Assembly: GCA_937625935.1 (NCBI GenBank)
Contig: OW569377.1
Span: 395,823-459,822, forward strand
Reading direction: 5' to 3'
DNA: 64,000 nucleotides
Origin: Tetramitus jugosus
Taxonomy: Eukaryota > Protista > Heterolobosea
Below the pieces are notes generated by a model that was not told the origin of the DNA, made no database searches, and saw only the letters and a list, made by a program, of their open reading frames with translations. Made by a program: the position numbers and the translations under genes. This document shows, in pieces, positions 1-9,798 of the stretch (the stretch's first letter is position 1; each line of letters begins with the position of its first letter).

Positions 1-1757
1 CCAAAGAGACAAACCATTTATGACCCTATCCTGGATTAAAGTTTGGAGTATCTTGGCTCAAGGATGACATGAATGAACCTATTTTTATTTGTTGACGAAT
101 TGGTCAGTAACTTGAAGGAATGATATTTGCATGTGAGAAACACACATTCATTATCCCCATTCGAATTGAAGTTTGTAGCGAACCTTCGATTCAATTCTAA
201 CTACTGATGAAAAAGTTGCTTAGTAGCAGTATTCGAATGTTGTATGTGTCCTCGTGTAACTTTAATAATGGAAATGATACCATTCCCTCCCTTGTAACGA
301 AAATAAAGTTATCCAAAGCGAGCCATACGTGATGGAATAACTAAAACTGTTTTCGATCAATAATAATTACATGCTCTTGTCTTCAGAACTCATACGTATA
401 AGTCATCTGCCAAAACCAATTCTCCACTCGGCATTTGGTTTCATTTTCATTGTTGATTAAACGACCATATTGCAGAGAGGTGTGGTCACAATTATTTCAA
501 AGACTTCACTGTAACCTCTTTGAACAATGCACAATGACTATCTATTTCACTGTCCTGGCAATCTAGAAAAGTGATGGTGGTGATGATTAGACATGCATGG
601 TAATTGCACAACGATCAAGTCAAAACATCGATCAAAAACGATTTGGTTGAATTCGGCGAAATAGAGAACAACAGAACCGACGGTCGGTTTTTATTTTCGT
701 TTCGTTTTTACCATTCACTCATGTCCGTGATATTCCAAGATCTAGTATTACTGTTCTATTTGAAGCAAAGAGCAATTCATACATATCGCACAAAAGCGTC
801 GGATTTGGGTCTTGGGTTAATATATCTTGGGAAAAAGCAATGGATAAGTTTTTATAAATGTGGGTTTGAACTTCAGAATTTCACGCCCTCTCCATGTGAA
901 AATTCAAGGAACAAGTCAGCAACTCCTGTGAGAATTAATCAGGAAGTAATGATAGATCAAATGATCCAATAAGTAACCGAAACAATCCTTCAGCTCAAAA
1001 CAAATCTGAACATGGTATTGTTGATGCAATCAGACACTCTTATCACTCAGTAGTCAATCAAAAAGAGACACTTCAGAGAGAACATTGAGAGGAAGATCAT
1101 TGAAGATCCATTTATTGATAGAGTGGGAGCACGGCACCACTCAGTTGTTGACCAATTTGTGGAATTAACATATCGATGACATCTCTTCTTCATTCTCCAT
1201 GAGCATTGAAAATCCTCTTCCTGTAACATTTAACATATGTTGACGCAGGAATATTTGTTAGAAAGAAGCTTGTAGGATGGCCTACTCAGATTTAAAATGT
1301 ACGAGTAAACATTTAACCGTGTCAATGAAGGTCTGGAATCATCAATGTCATGAAAACTGTCCAACAACTGTAATCGCGAAGCAAACTCCTTCCTTGTCGA
1401 TTCATTATGGATTGTTGTTTTATTTCTAGTGGCCATGCATGTTCATCCTCAATAAAATAGTCTGAGATGAACTGATCCTGGTCATCTTCCATTTGTTATT
1501 TGTTTGGTTGGAAAGTTTCGATTACAAGATTGAATAATCCAATCACATGAAAACGTCGGAAAAACGACATAAAAAAGTCAAAATGTGACGGGGTTTTACA
1601 AGGCAAAAAGACAGGTACAAAAAAGAAATATTCTGAATTCTACATGAAAAAGGGTCTAACACTATTCATATGTGTTTCTCCAACATCACCCCAAAAGACA
1701 TTTTTCAAACATTGTAATTGCAATCTGTTTGTTTCTTGTGCGCTTGCGATTCGACGC

Positions 1758-1825
1758 TTCTGGGCAACATACGTAACAGTGTGTGCTAATATATACTCAC
1801 ACACTGTTACGTATGTTGCCCAGAA
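1758..1825. repeat. Perfect 28-bp inverted repeat with 12-nt loop
   Basis: ttctgggcaacatacgtaacagtgtgtg (1758-1785) is the exact reverse complement of 1798-1825. Confidence 0.9.
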
Positions 1826-3127
1826 TATACTTAACTAACAGTTCTTATAGTATAATGTCAGGTTGAAGAATCAAATTCAGAATATATTGCCAGACTTCTC
1901 TTTGAAGACAGCACCAAATTAGATGATACTCACTTGATTGTATCTTTCAAATTTACCGAAAATCGGCCAAACTGGAGTTCACCAGTATTACCATGGCAGA
2001 GAAATATAAGGTACTTAACAAATGTTGTGTTCAGTAATGACTCATTTATACAAAATTGTGAAGCGCTATTTAATCGGAGAAAATCATCTTCTGTTTCGGG
2101 ACGGAAAGTTAAGAGCGAATCTCCGACATTGTCGCAACTGTTGGTGATCATATATTGATAGTGTTCAGCGAAAAGATATCCTCGATCCCAAATCCCTTCA
2201 ACAAATAATATAACTATTCTTTCGTCGTTTCACTTTATTTCCAATATCCATTGAGATCACCTGGCCCAACTTTTAGCGGGGTTTTCAAGCCCAACATACC
2301 ATTTCTGACAATCCTCTTCCACCGGTCTCGTCCTTTGACTCTCTGACATTTTCTTGGGCTTTTGCCACTAAATCACGACGACCGGAATTTTACATATGTT
2401 TTGTCGAAAGTAAACTTGACAAGCCAAAGCTCCGGCTTCAATGTTGGACATATTCGAGGAGAGAGGTTACTATGGCCATCCAGATATGCAAAGATTGGCA
2501 CGAATCAACAAAGCAATCGACGATCACGTTCAAAAATCTAACTGTGCACACTTCACAATTTGCTATGGTGTCAGAATCATTCCAGGTTTTGATTTATGTA
2601 GAAGTTCTTGGCGGATAAGAAGCAATGACAACAGTGGAGTATATGGAGAAGTCGTCAACGGAATTAGATCTGCAAGAAAGTAACGAGATGTTGCAGTTCC
2701 ATTTACAGAGTGGATGAAACTGCGCGCTCAGATTAGCATATGACTTCCATCGACATCAAAATCAGGCAATGTGTGGTTTATAGCCAAAGTACTGACATCC
2801 AACCTACTAGAGCTTCTGTCATCAAATTGAAGCAATGACAGTATTGTGGTCTCCCCCAAAGAATAATTTACCTCTACTTGCCATCTCCCGTATCATATGG
2901 GAGAGGAAGATCTACGAGTGAGCCTGTGGTCGACAAAGGATAGACCAAACTGACAGATTACGCAGTATCCAGAGCTAGATACGAAGAGGGAAGAAGAGAG
3001 AAGCCAGTGCAATTGAAGAAGAAGTCCCACAGAGGAAGGTAATACTAACAAACTCCCCAGGAGGTACTGTCCAGATTAACAAAGCACAACAAATTTCTGT
3101 GCGCAGCGAGGAAATGCCACAGAACCT

Positions 3128-3256
3128 ATGAGCAAGACTTTGAATGTGGTCTGGTACAACATCCGAGGGCTTAAAATTAAACGGATTGGTGTTGTATCAA
3201 TGATGGAATCAAGCCTAGATATAGATGTGTTGAAAGTGTCCAAGAACGTAGAATGA
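3128..3256 (+). pseudogene. Truncated N-terminus of a LINE ORF2 apurinic-like (APE) endonuclease
   Basis: Translates MSKTLNVVWYNIRGLK...DIDVL, with QE after a frameshift, matching the APE start motifs (NxRGL, DxxxxQE). The ATG overlaps an upstream TGA (ATGA at 3128-3131). Confidence 0.55.
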
Positions 3257-4155
3257 TTGCTGGCAATGGAAGAATCCTTGCTGTGTAGGTCGCTTGTGGT
3301 GAGACGTGCTGATCTTTTATTGTGTTCATTGAGTGGTGGTTGGCTCTTGGGTGACCGTAGTTGGAGTGGCGGGATGGGATTCCGGCATGATCGACTCCCA
3401 GTCATCGGTCGTAGACGGAGTCGAAGTTCGAATTCGGAGATTCGCTCCGGCGTCCTTGGAGACGGGTCGCGAGGGGAATCCGGTTGATGGAAGCCATATC
3501 TTTTAATACACTGACTTGGTGGCGCAGGTCGTCCACCACAGCCAGTAGCTCTTGGTACATCTTGGTCAGCCTCTTGCTGACAGCCTTGACCGTATCACGT
3601 GGGCGTGGAAGGAAGCGCTTTGCTTCCACCTCCACTGGCATGGATTGAACGTTCCGAAGCAATGCTTCGGCATACGTTTCGAACTCCATCACAACAAAGG
3701 CGGTGTCGTGCTTCTTGAGCACGTTCTTGACCTTTGTTGTACCAAGCATGGCCTTGATGTCGTCCTCCGTCTTACCTTTGACACCGTGGAGGACGACCTT
3801 CTTGGCACAATCAACGTTGTGCTTGAGTGCTGCCTTGCAGCCACTCATCTTCTTGTGGCGGTTGAAGGATTCAACAAATGGGTAAATGTTGTCATCACAA
3901 CAGTTACCCACGCAACAAACCTCTTGGGGCCCTTCTTGATGACTTGAACCCTGGTGAGCAAATCACCAAAATCCAAGCCAATCTTCTTGGCCAAGGCAGC
4001 CTTTCCAGTGATGATGACCTCCTTGCTGCTTGGTGCAGTTCCTCTTGGTGCTGTGGTCCACACAGCATAGCGTGGATTCTCATACTCACGAACAACAGGG
4101 GTGTGTGTTCGTTTTTTCATCGGCGTTTTTTTTTCTACGTTTTGTAATTGAATTC
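3257..4155 (-). mobile_element. Degenerate, 3'-truncated copy of an ORF1-type non-LTR retroelement
   Basis: ORF pieces 3845-4120, 3402-3911 and part of 3076-3405 are collinear homologues of the 4304-5470 protein (RYAVWTTA, RVQVIK, RFVAWVTV, DTAFVVM, KRLTKMY, KRSAR) split by frameshifts. Same 5' leader GAATTCAATTAC. Confidence 0.65.
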
Positions 4156-5510
4156 TTTTTTTTTTTTTTTATTTTTTTTTTTTTTTTTCCATACAACCAT
4201 GTGTGCTTGCGCAGCACGATTGCTCATTTATTGACTTGTTTTGTGAGTGACGACCCGTAGGGCGTCATTCACTCTTCTTCTCTTGTTGTCCCCGACGGTG
4301 CATCTACAGGTTGGAAGAATCACTCTGGTGAGTGTTTTGGTTGATGCCCTTCATCAAAGGGTGTAACCTTGTAGTAGGACCGTCGATGGACACAGAGCCA
4401 TCTGTTGTTTTTTTCTTGTTTTGGGCCTTGTTGCTCATCAGATCACCCAGTGTGATCCTAGCACTCCTCTTCTTGTTGTCATTGAGTTGTGGACTCTGAA
4501 TCTCCTTTTCGGAGTCATCATCCACATCCACAATGACTGGTTCGTCCTCAGTCAAACCATACCTTTTGCGTGCAGCAGCCAGCGCCAAAGCAGCAATTTC
4601 CTTTTTCACTCTGGCGAACACTGGAGAAGTGGCATTCACTTGCTCCAGAATTTGCCGGTTCTCAGCACTGAGCTGTACAACAGGCACTGATGGCAGTGGT
4701 GTTGCTACAGTCCTCTGTTCTTCTGCCTCCACTAGCTCAGGAGTAGTCTCCATCCTAGCAGTGACTTGGGCAACTTCTTGTTCCGACATTGGAACCGGTT
4801 TGTTGCCCCCTTGACCCTTTGTCTTTGCCAATTCCTTGGTGAATTCTGTGACCTGTCGACGCAGTCCGTCAACCACCGTCAGCAGCTCCTCGTACATCTT
4901 CGTCAACCTCTTGTTGACCGCCTTGAGAGGATCATGTGGTCTCTCGACGTATCGAGTGACCGTGGCCTTGACCTTGTTCTCTCCGCTGAGCACTGCCCGT
5001 GCATAGGTTTCATCACCCATGACCACGAAAGCAGTGTCACGCTTCTTTAGCACACTGGCAACCTTCTCAGGTCCCAGTAGCTTCTTGATGTCGTCCACTG
5101 ACATATTCTTCATGCCATGGACGACCACCTTTCTTGTGCAATCAACGCTGCGCTTGGGTGCAGCAGTGCTGTTGCCAATCCTCCTCTGTTTGTTGAATAG
5201 CTCAACAAACTCATAGATGCGGTCACCCTTGACCGTCACCCATGCAACAAAGCGTTGCTGGCCTTTCCTCTTGATGACCTGGACTCGGTTGAGCCAGTCA
5301 CCAAACTCCTCTCCTATCTTTCTTGCCAAAGATGACTGAGAGACACCATTACCGTTGCCAGTAATGACGACCTCTCTGTCACTTGGCCTAGAGCCTTTCC
5401 GTGCAGTGGTCCACACTGCATAACGGCTGTTGCCGTATTCCTTCACCAAATTTGTTGAATCACCAGACATGTGATTCCGTTTTTTTCTGCGTTTTTGTGT
5501 AATTGAATTC
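4156..5510 (-). mobile_element. ORF1-only, poly(A)-tailed non-autonomous retroelement adjacent to a tRNA gene
   Basis: 5' leader GAATTCAATTACAC at 5510, one ORF, a 3' UTR hairpin and a ~32-nt poly(A) tail (T-run 4156-4188 on +) abutting the 5' end of a related copy. Confidence 0.65.
4304..5470 (-). CDS. Putative LINE ORF1-like protein (388 aa; possible RRM-like region plus coiled coil)
   Basis: Intact ORF with a paralogue immediately downstream. Basic beta/alpha N-terminal half and a heptad region (LTKMYEELLTVVDGLRRQV). The fold call is inference. Confidence 0.55.
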   Translation of the reverse strand: MSGDSTNLVKEYGNSRYAVWTTARKGSRPSDREVVITGNGNGVSQSSLARKIGEEFGDWLNRVQVIKRKGQQRFVAWVTVKGDRIYEFVELFNKQRRIGNSTAAPKRSVDCTRKVVVHGMKNMSVDDIKKLLGPEKVASVLKKRDTAFVVMGDETYARAVLSGENKVKATVTRYVERPHDPLKAVNKRLTKMYEELLTVVDGLRRQVTEFTKELAKTKGQGGNKPVPMSEQEVAQVTARMETTPELVEAEEQRTVATPLPSVPVVQLSAENRQILEQVNATSPVFARVKKEIAALALAAARKRYGLTEDEPVIVDVDDDSEKEIQSPQLNDNKKRSARITLGDLMSNKAQNKKKTTDGSVSIDGPTTRLHPLMKGINQNTHQSDSSNL

Positions 5511-5539
5511 CTTGTAATTAAGAGATATTGAGATGTACA

Positions 5540-5612
5540 GCGCCTTTAGCTCAGTGGATAGAGCACTGGACTTCGGATCCAGGGGTCATGGGTTCGACTC
5601 CCATATGGTGTA
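5540..5612 (+). tRNA. tRNA-Arg (anticodon UCG)
   Basis: Cloverleaf: D arm GCTC/GAGC, anticodon stem CTGGA/TCCAG with loop CTTCGGA, T arm ATGGG-TTCGACT-CCCAT, followed by a TTTT Pol III terminator-like run. Confidence 0.92.
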
Positions 5613-5726
5613 CGTTTTGTGATTTCTTGCTGGCAACAAGGTTTTTTTTTTGCCAGTTCGTTTGTGACTGTTTTTTTTTAGTTTAATACATGAAAACTCA
5701 CCAAATGTGCATTTCTTATTTACTGA

Positions 5727-8700
5727 CTAACAAAAACGAACATCGAATACAAAAGTACCTACTTCGTTTCCAACATCATCCAATATTCTGGTTCTAATTC
5801 TCTTCTTTGTCCTTAGTTTGGGAGGGGTAAGTGTTTGCTTGGCAAGTTGAATTGTGTATCTCTGTTCTTCACTTGCAGGACTGTCTTCGATGGGAGTTAC
5901 GACCGTTCTCTTGCTTGACAATCGTTGTTCCACATGGCAAGATTTTACATTTCCGAGAGCATAGTACGCAATCTCAGCATGAAATGTGAATACTTTCTTC
6001 AGAGGTAGCTTAAGGCATGGAATCGTGTTGCTCTCACTATTGCCACTACAGAGTTCAAGTGGACAGGGAAGACCATCTATGTGAACACTCATTGACTCAA
6101 GCACTATGCAGCTTTTCAAACATTGAGGAACACTTACATGGAAAGTATTCAAAGTTATTAGTTGCAGACTATTGATGGAGCCACTGGATTCAACTGCTGG
6201 GCCAAAGGAACCAGTGAACGATCTCTCTCCCTTGTTGAAAGTGAGTGCGTAGGGAATATCAAACACTGAGATAGCGGGTAACTTGAGAACTTGTAGGAGA
6301 ATATGACAAATCTCAGTTTTTCTCTCGGACCATAACAGCTCATCACTTCGATTATGTGTGTGGATGCAGAGGAAATTGTCACTGAGACTACTAACAGATA
6401 TCCGCTCAATGCTCGCAAAAGGAATAACTGTCTTGCACTTACTGAAACGATGGTCCAATAAAAATATACTAGAGTCAGTAATGACCAAGGCAGCTCTTCT
6501 TCTTCGCAACTTTCTTGTGTATCTAGTGACACTGTCACAGAATTGAATGTTATCAATGAGAATATCTGACAGTTGAGATATTTGTTTCATATTGCGATAA
6601 CCATTCACTGGAATATATAATCCAATATAGTCTCTGTCGATAGAACATCTTCGTCTCATCTTTTTCCCTCGGTAGACATCTTGAATGGATGTCTTGGTCT
6701 GATCCATACTTCTGCTCATGTGAATCAATTTCTGCCTAGGGGTAGTGCTCTGTTGCAGCAGGAGCTTGTTGGCTAAGAATGCCGTATCGGCCCAGTTTGG
6801 ATTGTACGTGACAATCCAATGATTGGCATTGGTAGAGCTTCTGCAGATCATAAACTCACTATCCAATGACTCCCTGGATTCAAATGTTGCATTGATGATA
6901 TCTCCATTAGATTTGGGAAGAAAGGCCACTGAAGAAGCTACTTGAATTGAGAGTTCTTTTCTTGAATTGTACTTTGGCTGAGCTACCCATTGCAGTATTT
7001 CGATGATTTCAGTTTTCTTAATGGATGATAAGAGAAAGTCGTGAGGTTCTGAGCATTGAATTGCAAAGAAGTTGTCATCACCAGAACTGACTGCCAAGCT
7101 CATAATGCTTTCTACAGGAATTCGGCATCGAACATTGCCTTCCAATCCATTGAAAAGATAGACAGCAGAATTTGTGATGACCAAACGGCATTCCTTGCTA
7201 CTCATTCCTGATGATACAATGTAGTGTACCATGCTACTGAAAACAACCACAGGTTCTCCAAAGTGTTTCTCAAAATTTGAAAACAGTGCACTACTACAAA
7301 AGGCTGTGTAATCACCATCATATCTGGAGTTTGATGTAACGCTGGACAATGACCCTCTCCTCCTTAGTTTCTTCCCCTTGTATACATCGTTTTCAAAATA
7401 TTCTTGATCTCCGTGATCGAGTAGTTCAGGATCGTTCTTCAATACCTTTTGGAAGCATTCAACTTCATCATTCAAAAATCTCAATAGTTCCTTGTCCAGT
7501 TGAGAAATTTCTCTCGTAGTTCCAACAATCGCAGCGTCCTGTTCGTTTACATTGCTCTCTAGAGTGTAACTTAGATGTAAACATCGCTCCTTACTTGATT
7601 TGAGAGTTCGAATGGCTTGTTCGAGCTTCTCCAATTCGTACTCGTGAGACACGATTTCATCATTCAGTTTATGAATTCGTCTTCTCATCTCAAGGGATGT
7701 TGTTTGGTAAATCTGGAGCTCTGTTTGAGCAGAGCATCTATGATCACACAGTTTTTGTCGCTTCTCTGCCATATCAAGCAGAGAAGTCCCATGACCAACA
7801 TTACATCTTTGTTTGTACGCTTCCTGGCTATTTTGGATACATCCATAAACCAATCCTTTAAACTTTGAGAATAGAACTTGATGGTTGTGCACCTTCTTTT
7901 CCACATCAGAAGGGCTTCTAATCAATAGCGTTTGCTTCATATTATCGACCAGAGACACAATTTTAAATGTGTGACTACTAGGTTTCGATACCATGGAGCA
8001 AAAGTGAAGGAACAACACGAGAATATTCTGCTGTGATTCCGAGCGCTTGAGCGTTTTGCTCAATAGCTTGTCTCCGGTCGTCTCTGGCAATAAAACGACA
8101 ACATCACTAAACAAATAAGCTGAATAATTGCCATGAGTCGAGAATGCACTTTTTTCTCCCTTGGTACCTCTTCGTCCCCGAGCTGCACTCTTGATTGCCT
8201 CAGAGTTGGCAGCTTCAACAAAGTTAAGTCTCGAACAAATGATGGAACAATTGACTTGAGCTGACGCAACAAATCTGCGATGAGATTGTATAAAATTGTT
8301 AATGCCAAGCTCTTTGCTCAACACAGTTGAGATGTAACTGAAGGTACTCAAGGTATCGGAAGCTGCCTTACTTTTATCACAGTGATGGGCAATATCTGTG
8401 ATGAGCTTCACTGCTTGTTGAATACGTGGATAATCATCCATCGATTCATCTGTCACCTCGAGAATGTTCTGAAGTAACATTTGATATCTTGGAATTCTCT
8501 GAATGGGAATAATAAGCAACGTTGCCAAATCGTTGGCGAGACCAGAATTGGATGGACTTCGACTTGAAGGTTGACCTACACATGATTCAACATAGGATTT
8601 GAACCACTTTTGTTTTCTCAACTTTTGATACAGCTCATATGCTTCATCATAATTATTTACAAAATCAGTGTACAACTTCAAACATGGAGCAGTTTCTTGA

Positions 8701-9482
8701 AAAACTCTTCCTATCGCGGAGAATTCTTCATTTCCTTCACCCACAGAACTGACTTCATTCTTGAGCTTCTCCAACAGATAGGTGTTAGCTCCCAAAATTT
8801 GCTTAATATTGCCAAAGAGGCATTTGTATTCGCTCTCAGAGAATGTTGATTGATTATTCAATGGCAGACCATTGGTCGAGCTATTTCCTAGACTAACTTC
8901 ATTCATCATTCTCCAAGCTTCCTTTGCATACACCTCAACAAACAAGGTCAAATTCCTGACATAGATCTCTTCTGTTGTAATTGTTTCCTTGACCAACTCT
9001 CTTCTCTTTGTCAATTTCCGACTGACAATCGCGATCAACGTGGATGGAGGAGCAGAAAATATGGTTGGTATCGACAAGTCTTCCTCTGACGAGTTCTCTT
9101 TGATTTCTTCTACATGAGTATCCTGCTGTTTGTTAGGTGAAGACACAGGAGTAATATCAGTACCAGAATATGTATTGTGAGATTGACTGCGAGTCGTCGC
9201 TTCGCATGACTTGAGTACACTTGCTACTTGTGAAGAACTCGAGAAGCTAGAGTTGTTATCATATGATGATGATAACAGTTCACTATAATCATACTGCCAC
9301 GAATAAGAAGAACTCATTTTGTTCAGGATTCCATCAGGATTGCTTACGTTTCTTCTGATGGGCGGTTTTGCAATACTATCCAGCCTACTTCTCATTCGAG
9401 GGGACATCTCTATCGTATTGGATGACTCCACCATTAAATTCGAACTGAAAGTACCAGTATTAGACTGTATGGATTGTGTCAT
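5727..9482 (-). CDS. RhoGEF (DH-PH) with coiled coil, two myosin-I TH1-like domains and a C-terminal RhoGDI-like domain
   Basis: DH motifs ETITTEEIYVRNL, LFGNIKQI, LLIIPIQRIPRYQMLL. Two TH1 signatures (DVYxGKKxRRR). C-terminus resembles the RhoGDI Ig fold. First ATG at 9482 taken as start. Confidence 0.8.
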   Translation of the reverse strand: MTQSIQSNTGTFSSNLMVESSNTIEMSPRMRSRLDSIAKPPIRRNVSNPDGILNKMSSSYSWQYDYSELLSSSYDNNSSFSSSSQVASVLKSCEATTRSQSHNTYSGTDITPVSSPNKQQDTHVEEIKENSSEEDLSIPTIFSAPPSTLIAIVSRKLTKRRELVKETITTEEIYVRNLTLFVEVYAKEAWRMMNEVSLGNSSTNGLPLNNQSTFSESEYKCLFGNIKQILGANTYLLEKLKNEVSSVGEGNEEFSAIGRVFQETAPCLKLYTDFVNNYDEAYELYQKLRKQKWFKSYVESCVGQPSSRSPSNSGLANDLATLLIIPIQRIPRYQMLLQNILEVTDESMDDYPRIQQAVKLITDIAHHCDKSKAASDTLSTFSYISTVLSKELGINNFIQSHRRFVASAQVNCSIICSRLNFVEAANSEAIKSAARGRRGTKGEKSAFSTHGNYSAYLFSDVVVLLPETTGDKLLSKTLKRSESQQNILVLFLHFCSMVSKPSSHTFKIVSLVDNMKQTLLIRSPSDVEKKVHNHQVLFSKFKGLVYGCIQNSQEAYKQRCNVGHGTSLLDMAEKRQKLCDHRCSAQTELQIYQTTSLEMRRRIHKLNDEIVSHEYELEKLEQAIRTLKSSKERCLHLSYTLESNVNEQDAAIVGTTREISQLDKELLRFLNDEVECFQKVLKNDPELLDHGDQEYFENDVYKGKKLRRRGSLSSVTSNSRYDGDYTAFCSSALFSNFEKHFGEPVVVFSSMVHYIVSSGMSSKECRLVITNSAVYLFNGLEGNVRCRIPVESIMSLAVSSGDDNFFAIQCSEPHDFLLSSIKKTEIIEILQWVAQPKYNSRKELSIQVASSVAFLPKSNGDIINATFESRESLDSEFMICRSSTNANHWIVTYNPNWADTAFLANKLLLQQSTTPRQKLIHMSRSMDQTKTSIQDVYRGKKMRRRCSIDRDYIGLYIPVNGYRNMKQISQLSDILIDNIQFCDSVTRYTRKLRRRRAALVITDSSIFLLDHRFSKCKTVIPFASIERISVSSLSDNFLCIHTHNRSDELLWSERKTEICHILLQVLKLPAISVFDIPYALTFNKGERSFTGSFGPAVESSGSINSLQLITLNTFHVSVPQCLKSCIVLESMSVHIDGLPCPLELCSGNSESNTIPCLKLPLKKVFTFHAEIAYYALGNVKSCHVEQRLSSKRTVVTPIEDSPASEEQRYTIQLAKQTLTPPKLRTKKRIRTRILDDVGNEVGTFVFDVRFC

Positions 9483-9798
9483 TCTGAAGTTGTGTTGTGG
9501 TTGTTTCGTCTTTTGTGTTCCAGAGAACCGTGTCACAGACAAAACAACCAACACTTTGCTGCAGTGACATCTAAAAACCTCTACCGGTTGGTGAGCCCAA
9601 ACAGTCCGTGGGAATATTCAATGTGATATCATTATCCACACAACAACATCACACGATGGACTATTTTCGATTTTTCAGATGGTTCAGAGAGAGAAAAAAA
9701 ATTCTGCTATCGTGACAAATTCAGCTTGTCAGACATCAGCGGCTTTTTTATGGCAAAATAGAACAACTCCTTGACAGCGCAGAGAAAAATCTTTGACA

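Noticed and set aside
1-2440. Short ORFs in the first 2.4 kb
   Set aside because: No recognisable domains; probably decayed or non-coding sequence.
5573-5575. Reassignment of CGA to Ala suggested by G3:U70 in tRNA(UCG)
   Set aside because: CGA encodes conserved Arg positions in this window (e.g. EQQR in Snu114, MSFR in CLUAP1), so the standard code holds.
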